Source: Pseudogymnoascus verrucosus (Eukaryota). From it: 64,000 bases of DNA. The stretch lies in NCBI GenBank assembly GCA_001662655.1, contig KV460224.1; one strand, 5' to 3'. Below the pieces are notes generated by a model. The model saw only the letters and a list, made by a program, of their open reading frames with translations. It was not told the DNA's origin and made no database searches. A program made the translations under genes and the position numbers. Below, piece by piece: positions 23,889-36,120 of the stretch. Position 1 is the first letter of the stretch. Each line of letters opens with the position of its first letter.

Positions 23889-24781
23889 TCCAACGGGCGG
23901 TTTACTTGTCATAAACCCAACAAGAAGTATGACGAGTACCTGCCTTGAACTTATCACAAGGCTAGCCTGCCTGGTCACAGATCTGCCGAGTAGCGGCTTG
24001 GCTTAACGCGCTCGGCTCATATCATTCGTCCCCGAATACTTCATACTCGGATAGATCAAAGCTACTCGGCAGCGCTAACCTTACATTGCTAGTGTCATCA
24101 GTAAACACTGTGCTGTCGCATGCGGAGGGCTAGTGACCTGGATGATCACAGTTTGGGTCAATTAGCAACATAACTATATACAAGATTCCTTGGGAGTGGC
24201 TGAAACCCTCAGTTCCTAACCGCTCTGTCGTTTAGCTGGTTATCAAACTAGTGAGCCAGTGGGATAGGCCCGGGAAACGCCAAAAATCAGGGCTATTTAC
24301 TATTTCTTGGCAAATACCAGATCATCCCTGGAATCTCCAACAAGATCGTCAAGGAATCGCTACTATTTGACTGGACAGGACTGGCATGCGATCCTACAGG
24401 ATTCAGCGAAACTCAGAAACACTGGCCTGACATCATATAGAATCTGGGGAGTGCTACATATGACGCCATGGGTCGACTAATATTGATCATCTCGTTCTAA
24501 CACTAACGTTGACAGGTCGCCTTCTATTTTCAGCTGACAATCATTCAGGGTTAATGCTTCTTGTAGAGAACAGGAAAGGTTACTTATTATATAGAGCAAT
24601 TGGGTGCCCTCATCTGATTGATTGACCCGTTAGCAGTAGTATTTAACCTCTCCTCATCGCCCGTAAGACATTAATTTCTTCTTAACATCTCAATAGAGAG
24701 TTTGCATTGCATCAAATACAAAGTTTCAACGCAACTACACGGACACGATTTACTTGCACTATTAATTCCCAATTGCAAAAC

Positions 24782-25543
24782 ATGATGCTGCTCAAACATT
24801 TCTTGCTTCTATCCCTTTGGCTAATCGGTGCATATGCGGAAAAGTAATAACCCCATATTTGGTATTATTTCTTTATCTCCAACCTCCTCCTGCTACAGCG
24901 CTGACATTCTTTTTCCACCCTCAAAAGACAAGGAAATGTCAACTTCACCGTATCCTTCTTCCCCACTCCCGAAGAAGCGATCTGTAAACAAGACAACATC
25001 GCCAACGCCATCTCCTTAACCACCAGCACCATCCCAACAGGTTACGTCTGCTTCAACCTCACAGACGTCTTCACCCAGCCTTCAGACAACGGCTCCCAAG
25101 ACGTCTCGAAAATCCTCGACGACGCACCTACCCAGGGAGTCGACTACTTATTAAGCAACCGCGCCTCCTACAATGCCAACACCAACTACACAAACATTTG
25201 GTACCAGCAAGTCAACCAAACCGGCGACATCAAGCACGACGCAGACGGTACATGGGTCCTCTACATCTACGCCTTCGAAGACTGTATCCAAAACCGCGAC
25301 GACGCCTTTGCTCCCAAAGACTTCCCCTGGTTCGAGACAAGCTGCCAGACGAAGGAAGGGGGAGAGTGCCAGCAGCTACCTCAGCCGGTGAAGAGCCTCG
25401 CGATCGGCCCGGCTGCCAAATACAATGCCGGCCACGGGAAATGCGAGGTCTGGGCTAAATTTGGAGGGACTGGGACATTAAACCGTCGAGGTTCAGCGCT
25501 GCTTGTTGTTGCTGTTACTATGGCGGGTTTCGTTATGCTGTAA
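24782..25543 (+). CDS. Secreted, probably GPI-anchored protein of unknown function (~225 aa), not in the ORF track
   Basis: Signal peptide MMLLKHFLLLSLWLIGAYA, one intron 24844-24927, then an open frame with 6 Cys, several N-glycosylation sequons and a hydrophobic tail SALLVVAVTMAGFVML*. Confidence 0.8.
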
Positions 25544-27419
25544 ATATAGGAAATAGGTGGCAAGATACCCTTTTATGCAATTTAATGTCACAAAGTGCAA
25601 AGCCGGGCCGTATTATGTATTATATCACCTGGGCTTCAGTGAAGCAGTGGTGCGGATCGACGTTTGCTATGAAGGCTGGATATTACTATGTGGTTAGGCG
25701 TGTTAATAAGCTATGACCCGTGGTCTGGTGTTTTCAGAATGTATCTCATAGTAGAACAGGAGCTTAATCTTGATGTTGAACTTGTGTCTGATGTGTTGTG
25801 TGTTGTTGAGTTGAAAAATTTCAAACATCCAGCACATTTCTTGTATATACTTCCAGGCCAAGAGCGGCTCATCAGCTTCCTCCCCTTGTTCTCAACGCCG
25901 CCGAGAATTCGACCGCCTAGTCCTGCCTAATTCTACTCCATTTCCAAGAGAGAATATCGAAACCAAGGTCCCAGCAAGCACACATTGAACCCCTCGCACC
26001 GAGGCTCCCAACCACCCTTCTTAAGACCTCAGTGATGACTGGAATAGATCATAACTTTGTTGCGTTGCCCCGCTATTGTACCCACCTTACTCACGGAGAT
26101 TTATACGCAGAACCTTGTCTGTTTCCTGGCAATCGTCTTCCCTAACTCTTTCAACGTACATCGACATAACTCCAAACCAACTCACCCATATTGCCGGCAT
26201 CCACTACACAGCCGCCATCACATCCATATTCCCCCATGGTCCGCCATACTACCCTTCCCCACAGCCTCCAAACCTCCAAACCTCCCATCCCAACCCTTCC
26301 ACAAATATCCCCCTCGCCCCCTCTTACCTCCCTTTCTCCCGAACGGCTACGTACCCCCCCACATGACACCAAAATAAGGTTTCCTGCATCTTCCCACAAG
26401 ACGCAAGGGGCCTTCTTCTTTCCGTCTCACGCAGCCTGTAATGCGGAGAAGCGTGATGACCACAACGTGCTCGCGCTGCATTATCTCATTTCCAGATACA
26501 ATAGCGAAGAAGCACGTGGACGAGCGATGCGGTATGGTAGGTAGCCGCGAGCCGCGGGTTTGTGCGTCTATCGCTACAGCGATATGATGTGTCCGATTAT
26601 TCCACTTAACGTAACTTCGAAGGAAGGGTGGGTGCAGAGGGAGATTTAAAATAGAGCGACTACAAAGGAAGACTTAAAACTTAAAATAGAAAAGCGGAAA
26701 TTTGAAATTGAACCTGCCTTTTTTTGAAGACCTGCTTGGTGGTATTAAGACCTATTCGTCGGCTTCTTTCAAGAAACGAAATAGGTGAGGTAAGGGGCCG
26801 GATAGGACGGTTGTAAGTATAAACACCTCAACGTCGACGGGATAAGCCCGCGTCCGCCATGTGTGTATTCTTCCCCAGCGTCGTACCAAAGGGCTGAACC
26901 ACAGGAAGCGACATTTCATGCACAGCCATGACTAACTCAATACCTCGATAATCTGTCTCAGAATGTCTTCGATGGCATCTTCGTACCTGTCTCAACCACC
27001 CACACAGCCGAGACATTGGGGGTACGCATATGGTATCACAACAGAAGAAGACGTCAAAAATTAATAAATGTTTGATTTCATTAAGGTAAAGTAGCCTCCA
27101 ACGCAGAAAAGCCGAGAAGAAGCGGCGGCGGCGACGATGTCCAAACTAGGTAGGCACCACCACCAAATCAGCACCCATCAACTGGGCGAACTATCCATCA
27201 ATCCGTCATCCAAACCACCTAACCAAATTATCCTCGAAAGGCTTCATATCCCCCTGTATAACTCTCTCTCTTTCTTCTCCACATTATTACTCTCTAAACC
27301 AGAAGAACGTCGCCAAGACGGATATACCAAGTAAAGTCGAGATGAGATGAGATGAGCTAGCCAAAACCAAAGGCCGCGATAAATCTCTCACTCTCTCCCA
27401 CTATTATCCAAAAAACCGC

Positions 27420-28998
27420 TTACTTCAGAAGAAGCTGCTTCTCCTTCTTCAACTTATCCACCACCTCCCTCGAGATCTTGAGGGTGCTGGCCACGATGTC
27501 AGGGGGAGTAAGAGCCAACCACTGCGTCAGCGAGATGTCAGCCACGCGCTCGGACTTGTACAGCTCAATCCACACCAGGTCCTCAGTAGGGGAGGTGTTG
27601 AGGACGTAGTGCCCGGAGTTGTCGGGGAAGACGGCGACGTCTCCGGCGACGAGGTCGATGGTGCGAGAGTTGCCGCCACCGATGAAGATGGTTGCCTGGG
27701 CCGTGCCCTTGTGGAAGTAGAGCCACTCCTCGGCCTGTGGGGTGTCAGTTAAATCCAGCAGAAAAAGATGACGTTTGGTCTCAGTGGTTTGGTTGGGGAG
27801 TTTCGTGGCAGGGGGGCTGGGGGTGGTTGGGACTGAGACTCACATTAGGATGCCAGTGGAGCTCACGAAGCGCACCAGGCTTGAGCGTAATAATGGCAGC
27901 AGCAATAGTAGTAGAGATGGGGAAGTTCCTCGAGTCGACAATCGAAATATGACCGCCACCACCTGGGATAGGAACACTGGCCTTAGTCGCCGAGTCGTGG
28001 AAGATGTAAGAGCTGGGGCCGGTGAGACCGCTCTCTGGTCCGCTATCTGGGGTGGTCGTCGAGGTGGCGTTGAAGATGTATGGGTCCTTGTCGGGGATGT
28101 CGTCAAAGACGGAGACGTCGACGCCGAAGTTCTTGGCGAGGATATCGCGAGGGGTGTGCGCGATCCAGTCGTCGACCATGAAGGTCGTTCCGGAGGCGTC
28201 AAAGTCGCCTAGGTTTGTCAGTTTGAGATTTCCTTGGTGAAGGGAGGTTGGGAGGTGCTCACCATTGTCGAAAGCGACGAGAGCCTCGTTCTCATCATCG
28301 AGACCCTGGATGGTGTGTGCAGATCCCTTGGGGAAGTACCAGATATCGCCCTCCTTGAGCGTATCGACGGTGTAGTTTCCGTGCTCATCAACGGCGGAAA
28401 TCAACATGCGGCCGGCGTAGACGTAACCCCACTCAGCCTGTAGAAACTCATCAGCACTCACAATCAAGACAGACAATGGGAAGGGGTGGGTGGGAGAGAA
28501 CATACAGTGGTGTGCCAGTGAAGCTCGCGGAGGGCGCCCTTCCTGAGATGAAGCTGGGCAGCAGCAATGTCGTGGCTCTGGGGCAGATCAGTGATGACCT
28601 GCTCGCGGATCCAACCACCATTGTAGATGTTGGTCTTGCCCTCACTGAAGCTCCACTTCAAGCTCTTGACGCGGCCTCCGTCGGTGGACTGACGGCCAAG
28701 GTTGTCGGGGTTCTGGAGGTCAATTGCGTGGTTGGTGCCACCTGGGTGTGTGTTAGTGATGTGACTTGGCGATGTTGCAAGTGGAGATGAAAGTGGTAGG
28801 GGGTAGTGAGGTTGTGAAAGTGGTGATGCACATGCTGTGAATCCAGATGGAATGGGGTTATCACGACTTACCCAAGATCGGACCGCCCTTCAGTTTGCCA
28901 TCGCTGGGCTGGCCGTGGGCGAAGTCGACATTCTTGACGGGGTTGGCAATTGCAAATGGCAAAGCCAGAACAACAGAAGACAACTTGAGGAACTTCAT
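27420..28998 (-). CDS. Secreted bicupin, oxalate decarboxylase/oxidase family (Mn-dependent)
   Basis: Signal peptide MKFLKLSS. Two RELHWH cupin motifs followed by AEW/EEW, WYFPKGSAHTIQG, FPDNSGHY, SLTQWLALTP. About 5 introns. Confidence 0.93.
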
Positions 28999-31735
28999 TT
29001 TGAAGCCGTTTGATTGTTGTGTGAACAAGCAAAGAAGGGAGTTGTTGGTTGAGCTAGCAAGCAAAGCAAAGTTTGTTGTTGTTGGATGAAGGTGGAAGAA
29101 GGATCGAGAGCAGCTACCCTTGCATTTATAGGATAGCCAGTGAGAGTGGAAGTAAGGGAGAGAGATGGGAAGATGGAAGGGGATAAAGATGTAGGAAGAG
29201 GCAAGAAGGTGGGGGGAGGGGAGACAATACTGATTTGTATTGTCTCAATGGTGGGGAGTTGGAAGAATATCGGACGAAAGTAGGCCGGAGATGGGAGATG
29301 TGAGATTTGAAATGCAAGACGACGGATGGAAGAGCAGCCTGACAGTTATCACCCCCACTCGCAACTCCGAATGCGGTGATCAGCAGGGCCAAGGTGGACG
29401 AGGGAAATTGAAATTCAGATATTGAAATTCCCAAGCTTTTGGGCTTAAGCCGTGGTGAAGAGGAGAGCGGGAAGGGGGACTTGAGGGAAAGCTTACTATG
29501 GACTGCCGGCGGTGCATACAATATGGGATAGCAAGCTCACAATGGCATCATGGCATCATAGGATGCACGCCATGACAGGCCGGCTAAAGTGAATAATGAG
29601 TAGTGCTAGGGTAGGGTAGGGGTATGATAGTGTGATAGTGGGGGTAGGTTGACTGGGGTAGATCAAAACGGGGGGGGGGAAGACAGGGGAGGGGGACTGG
29701 TGGAGATGAGATCCGAAGTGAGTTTTGGGTGTGGTCTGAAAGTGAAAATGCAGTGAATTTCTCATAAATGATCGACGTATTTGGCATGGTTGCGGTTGTC
29801 GACCGCCTTGGGGCCGCCATGGGTCCGGCAGAGGTAAGGGCCCGCTCTGTTAAGCACGCAAAGACGGGACGGAGCAGGATCAGATGGGGCAGATGGGCAA
29901 GACGGGTAAGATGGGGCAGGGTGGGGATGAGGATGAGGCAGGGGAAAGGAGGGCAGGGTAGTGGACCTGGCCAAGCTGACAATTGGGGAGGGAAGGGGGA
30001 TGGGGATAATGGGGCGATGGGCGCGAAGAAGGGGCTATGGAGTGGATGGGGACAGTGAGAACAACGGGGACCAAGAAGAGCTTGAATTCAACAATAGAGA
30101 CAGACAGAGGAATAACAGGGAAGGAGCAAAGGGCGAACTAACAAAAGAAAATATAAGTTACAATGGGCGGGCATGAGAATTACTAATATTCTGCAGTCTA
30201 GTACACGTAGTTGTAGTGTCAGTGTGTAATTATACGACAATTACTAGCAGGAAAGCGAGTAATGCAAGGTAAAAAATGATATTTATTAGCCTTGTTTATC
30301 ACTGTTTATTGTTATTCGTTGCTAGTGTTGATATTTGATGGGGTTGGAGTGTTTTTGGTGTTGATTTCAGCAATTATGACGCAAGGCGTGGCTGAAATTC
30401 GAAATCGCTGCCAAGCCATATAGCACCTTATAGCATCACAACTTCCAAATAAGCGCGTCCACTCTCCCTCCACTATACGCCCACTCGGACTATGCTAACT
30501 AAACTCAACCCCTAAACCGACCTTCATCTTTCGATTACAGGCCCTCCCTGGCTATGATCGTCCCTAATTGATGCCATCTTCAGATCCTCAATTCTGCATA
30601 CAGATGATGATGATCTTCCCAATCCAGCCCGGAGTGCACGGTTGGGATCATGGCAGCGCAGGACAGGACAGGACAGGGAAGCCCAGTCAGTCCGGCCTGG
30701 CGGTAGAACGGTAAGAACTCGGTGCTATGTAGGATGTAGAGGGTCGACAGGCTTCAACAGTCTTCGACACCCTTTAACCGCAAATCTTATGCCCCTTTCA
30801 CTCAGCCTTGCCCTGTCAATCGCCGCCTCTTCATTTTAACCTCATCGCATCCTCATTGGGGCATCATGGCATCTTTGCCTGACATCTCCGCGCATCTTGG
30901 AGCATCTTGCACATCTTCTCATCTCGGCGCATCTCTGCCCATCATCTCATCATCAGTCTCATCTCGTTTCTTCCACTCCAGGAGTGATCTTCAAGCCTTC
31001 TGCTCATCTTCCCTTCCTGCCCTGGCATTTCTGCCTAGCCAGCTGTCACGTCACCTGTTAGCTGCTGCAAATGTCTCAGCCAGTTCCTGAGTTGGCATCC
31101 TCGCCGTCTCCTCCGGGTCGCCACCCCGACGACGAGCTATCGATGCCATGCATCTGCTCAGTGCACATCCTTCATCTCCATCATCCATATTCCCCCATCC
31201 CCCCCCCCTGCCAGTTCTATCTTCTCCATTCCCATCATTTCCCCTCTCCCGGCTCCCCGTCACGCCGTCCCCAATCCATTCAGGGTCATCCGGCACTGAG
31301 ATCCTGCTCCTGCATCGTCGATCCTTACTCTAATCAAGCTTTCCTCCATCGTTCCCCACCGTTCCTTCTCCCCTCACCCTCGTCGTTTTTTTATATTCTC
31401 CTTTCCACCTCGATGGCGACATTGAGATAGCTTCACGGATACCCAGAAAAAATCCGGAAAACCCTCATTTTCCACCACAAAGCTCCGAAGCACGTCTTTT
31501 ATTGATTCTTGGCATCGGATTGCTGACCGAAGGAGCCCCCACGCTCGTGTCGGTGAGGTTGAAGAGAAAAGGGGCGAGGGCAGTTCTTGATCTTCTATAT
31601 AAGTCGAGGGAATTGGCTCAATCCTGCTCATCTCATCACTCACTCACATCAACTCGCTCAATACCTTCTCAATACCTTCTCAATACCTTCTCACCTTTCC
31701 ACTATCCACCCACACCACCAGCTGTCATCATTGTC

Positions 31736-33246
31736 ATGGCTCGCGCCGCTCTTGCTCTCGCCGCCTTGGCCTCCGTGGCCTTTGCCAACCCGGTCCCTGA
31801 CCTCAGCCTGCCACCTCTGATCCCCTACATCTCGGGCATCAGTGAGCTTCTGTACCAAGTTGTGCCACCAACCCCAATCCTGCAGGCACCCCTTCCTCCG
31901 ATCCCCGCAGCAAAGATCCCCAGCAGCAACCTCAAGCCCAAGAAGGTCGGCTACTTCTGGACTGGATCAGCTGATCAGAGATATGCGGATTTCCTGGCCA
32001 CCTACAGTTTGGATGATGTGAGTTTGATTTCAAGTTTCGCCACCCCCCTGCATCAGTACTAACATGTGACAAGGATACCTTTGGTGAATTCATCCACTTG
32101 ACTGAGGTGCCCAGCAGCGGCAACAGCCCTCATCACTTGGGCCCCAGCCTTGACGGCAAGACCATCGTTGGTGGTGGTCTCCTGTCGCTCTTGAAGACCC
32201 AAGACACGGCCTTCTACTTCGACACCACCGACCCTTACAGGCCCACCTTCAAGAAGAGCAACCGTGCTGTGCTCTCTTCCATCGCTGATGAGATCCGCGC
32301 CAAGCCAGATGGAGGATTCTTCATCACCTACATGGGCTGTAAGTACCATCGCTTCTATTGCCCATTTGACCAATTCTAACACCTCCCAGCCACCGTCGGT
32401 ACCTCCCCAGGTCGCCTCGTCGAGACCGACAAGGACTTCAACATCATCGCTGAACACCCGCAAGATTTGGCCAGCACCATCAACATCCTCGGCGAGACCT
32501 TTGCCCCCCACGGTCTCTCCATCGACTGGGATGCCAACCTGATCCTCACCTCTGACTTCGTCGTCCCCGTCACCATCCTCAAGCCCAGCGCAGGCATCAT
32601 CCACGCCAACACTCTCCGCCTGTGGAACCTCGAGAAGCGCTCCATCATCCGCACCCTGACCATCCCCAACGGTGGCGGTATCCAGGATGTCAAGTTCATC
32701 CCCGGCAACAAGGAGTCCGCCGCCATCGCCACCGCCGTCCACCTCGGACAAGTCTGGATCATCTACCCCTTCCGCACCGACAAGGACGGCAAGCAGGGCA
32801 CCATCGAGCTCCTCTATGACCTCGGCGAGAAGGCCCGCGACACCATCGCCATCTACTCCGATCTCACCCAGGACGGCCGCTTCGCCTACTTCACCCTCAC
32901 CACCGCTAACCACATCGCCGCCCTCGACATCTCCGACCTCGACAACGTCAAGCGCCTCGACGACCCCAACGTCACCCAGCCCACCATCGGCCCCCACTAC
33001 CTTAAGGTTTCCCCCGACCAGAAGCACCTCGTCGTTACCGACTACTTCGTCCAGACCGGCGAGATCGGCATCATCAACACCCCCGCCGACTTCAAGGCCC
33101 TCTACATCGATATCGAGGACAATGGCGCTCTGAACTTCAACCGCACCATCGACTTCACCGATTTCTACAAGACTCGTGGTGGAGCTAAACCCCACTCTGT
33201 CGTCATCTACGATTTCACCGACCCGGAGAAGCCAATCTACTACTAG
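31736..33246 (+). CDS. Secreted beta-propeller, selenium-binding protein (SBP56)/methanethiol-oxidase-like
   Basis: Signal peptide MARAALALAALASVAFA; DFLATYSLD..TFG, SGNSPHH, PHGLSID, LRLWNL, GPHYL, KPHS motifs. Two introns (~32018-32073, ~32340-32389). Strong C3 codon bias. Confidence 0.7.
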
Positions 33247-34290
33247 ATACTCTTACGCATCTTGGATAGATAGAGAGATAATTGGATGGACGGAGAGACG
33301 CGCAGCTGGAGAGGGGGAGTAGCTGCGCGCAGTTTTAGATAATGGGAGGGCTTGGTGGGATGGGAGGTGGTCTTTGGGGATGCGCTAATTCTAATTTTTT
33401 CATGTGCTTGGGTTCCCATCTGATGTGGACAGGGGCCTGGCCATGTATACATACAGACGTAATAAATATTCCCTATACTATTGGCTTCGTTCTTTTGGAT
33501 TGTGATTATTCTGCGTGATTGGGATTGTGAAATGTACTTTTGCTTCGTATCATCGATCTTTGTAGCTTGTTTCCTTGGGATAAATTATGTGCAAAGTCTG
33601 ACTATTGTTATGGTGAGAATTCAAGTTGTTGGTGAATGGCTGGCGTTGGTTGGTTGTTTTCTATCCGTAGATGTCCTGAGTCAAGGTACGACTCAGCGTG
33701 GCTTCCCATTTAGATAAGACCGCTCCTTCCTAAAATAGTAGTTGTGTGAATATAGAAATTTAAGAAAATAAGAATGAATGAGAATGTACATTGATCTACT
33801 GATATATTTTATGGTGTGGGATAAATTGTTAAAAACTAATACTTGTAGTTGATTCTTTACTTCAAATAAATTTCGGTAATAAATAAATTTATTAAAAATC
33901 TGAATATATACTTCGTATAGATGATATTTGTATACACTGAAAAGCCACTTAAATCAATAGAAGACAGTAAAAACTGTTTTACAATTGTTAACAACTACCT
34001 TAGTTTTGTTGTCGTGGGTTGCGACTGCCTCGTGCTGTAAGTTCATATGAGAAGTGTCAAGGAAGGAGCGTTAGAGATATTGTCCTATCTGCAACGCTCT
34101 TTCCGTTTTAGACAAACTTGGTTATTACTTCTTTACTGCGGGATATACTGCTCATATCCTGCGGAATTGAACATCAAGCACCAGGAATCAAGAGCCCACA
34201 GCCAAACACCTATCTCGTACACTTCAGAATATTGCATACCATCAATCATTCCCTTTTACTGTCAATTAAACTCCCCCATCCATCTTCACA

Positions 34291-34920
34291 ATGAACGACC
34301 CTCAAGATCCGCTTTTTGAAGACGGCATCGACCTCTTAAACACAGACCCACAAGCCACAACACATGCCGCTGAACCCTCAAACACAGACACAGGCGCCAT
34401 AATACATACCATCGAGCTATCAGACACAGACTCAGAAGCCACTATCCGCGCTTCCTCCCATGATCACCGAAAACCAGTTGGCGCCACCCCTCCCCCCGAA
34501 ACTCCGGCCACAGCCCAGCCCACAGAAACGACCCGCGTCGCCGGTTTCTACACAGAAACTCCTCCATACAGCCCGCCCAACCCTGTTATCACACAACAAC
34601 CAGTACCCCACCGCATCTTGACTGTCGGGACAAGCACTCCGCCACCCACGCCTCTAATTAATCCCTCAGATATTGTGCTACCGCCTATTAATAACGCCGC
34701 CGGACGTACGCGTGTATATTCGCGGGTAGAGAGAAACCTAGCCAGGATAAGGGAGAAGCTATACATAAGAGTGGCGCAAAATGCAGCGGTGGTGACGTGG
34801 AATCAACAGGAGAGATATGCGAAGGTGTGGATGTGCACGCTGGGGGTGTATTTGCTCGCGGGAGTTGCGTTGGTTATCCTTGCGGGGGTGCAATTTTGGA
34901 AAGCGAAAAACGCACGTTGA
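34291..34920 (+). CDS. Hypothetical Pro/Thr-rich protein with C-terminal TM helix (tail-anchored type)
   Basis: 209-aa ATG ORF; low-complexity N-part, hydrophobic VWMCTLGVYLLAGVALVILAGVQFW followed by a basic tail. Confidence 0.6.
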   Translation: MNDPQDPLFEDGIDLLNTDPQATTHAAEPSNTDTGAIIHTIELSDTDSEATIRASSHDHRKPVGATPPPETPATAQPTETTRVAGFYTETPPYSPPNPVITQQPVPHRILTVGTSTPPPTPLINPSDIVLPPINNAAGRTRVYSRVERNLARIREKLYIRVAQNAAVVTWNQQERYAKVWMCTLGVYLLAGVALVILAGVQFWKAKNAR

Positions 34921-35617
34921 GAGGCTGGCGGATCAGGAGGCGAATTGAGAGTCTGAAGTGGATGGGGTGTGGGCTGGTTGAGTGGCTGGAGACGTCGAGG
35001 ATATAGTATTCTTTGACCAGGAGAATCGACGCGGCTTTGGTGTTGGGGAGACTGGAAGGAGGGATGCCACTAGCGTTTGTTATTAGTTTTGAACCGTTTT
35101 GGGGATGCTGGGCCATTTTGTTTTGGCAGCGCTTTGGAAATACGATCTGGTCACATTGGAGATGATACCACACAGCGAGCGTGGAGCATGGTTATACATA
35201 GACGGACCTGCAGCGGATAGTTAGCATAATTCAGAATACAAAAGGTATTCCTTGCCCTCTCATAGTCCACCTAAACCCTTCAAATACTACTCAGTACTTT
35301 ATATTACCAACACGGAGTGAAGGTACGAAGTTAGGAATTGCTGGGTTGCATCGAAGCGCCGTAGGACTGAGAACAATGCTAGTGACCAGGTTGCATCCTC
35401 CCATTTTAAGTAATGGTTATAAACACAGATGGCTAGGAATAGGAGGGTCAGATCTATAAACGTGGCTGGAGATGCGATATCGTATCTTATTGGCTTATGC
35501 TATCTTAGACTCCTTTACATCTCAGCGTCTCCCTTATTAGAGTTGCACCTCGGAACAATCCTATCCCCTACTACCCAACATCCGAGGCATTAATCCATCG
35601 TTCTTCGGAGCCTTTAA

Positions 35618-36120
35618 TCAACATCTCATAGGTCCATTCTGGTTTGCAATATGGTTGTCTTTTAACCGCCGTTAGCAATTAAACTATAACTCTCAAGAAT
35701 AGAGACCTACTTAGAATAACTGAGCTCGTGACATCCTTTGAACCGTCCTTACAGGTTCCAGTCAACACACCGTTCTTCAATTTGCCATTACGACAGTGCG
35801 AGCTGAAGCCACCACTGTAGATACGTATTAGTTAATTATATTATTTTAACCAAATGACGTGGGACATCTCACTTCGCCTTAATGATGATTTTGCCTTTGG
35901 AAACACCGAAACACTTGTCAAGCGCGAGTTGTGTATCAACGTTGTAGACGGTGTTGGTTTGCTTGCAATTGGCCACAATTATCCATGATGACCCTCTGGT
36001 GGGATGGTCGGTAAATCGAATTGAATTGCAGGTCTTCGTGTAGCCGTTCGTTGCAGCTTCTCCAAGAGAGAGGTGGCCTAGGAGCAGAAGAGCAATGGTT
36101 GGAAAGGTATTGAACTGCAT
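35618..36120 (-). CDS. Small secreted cyanovirin-N-homology (CVNH)-like protein, 3 exons
   Basis: Signal peptide, GYTKTC..ANCK..LALDKCFG, then after introns NGGFSSHC..LTGTCKDG..SSVILNNHIANQNGPMRC*. This is the two-repeat CVNH pattern. Confidence 0.75.

Noticed and set aside
26057..26544. Overlapping Pro/His-rich short ORFs (also 29100-31500)
   Set aside because: Products of C-rich or G-rich low-complexity intergenic sequence; no splice-consistent model or motifs.
32059..33195. 378-aa minus-strand ORF and similar long antisense ORFs (e.g. 17020-17538, 48317-49021, 27775-28212)
   Set aside because: Antisense shadows of strongly codon-biased real genes; no independent motifs.
3602..33246. A sulfur/selenium pathway linking the HMT and the SBP56-like protein
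   Set aside because: 27 kb apart with unrelated genes between; thematic similarity only.
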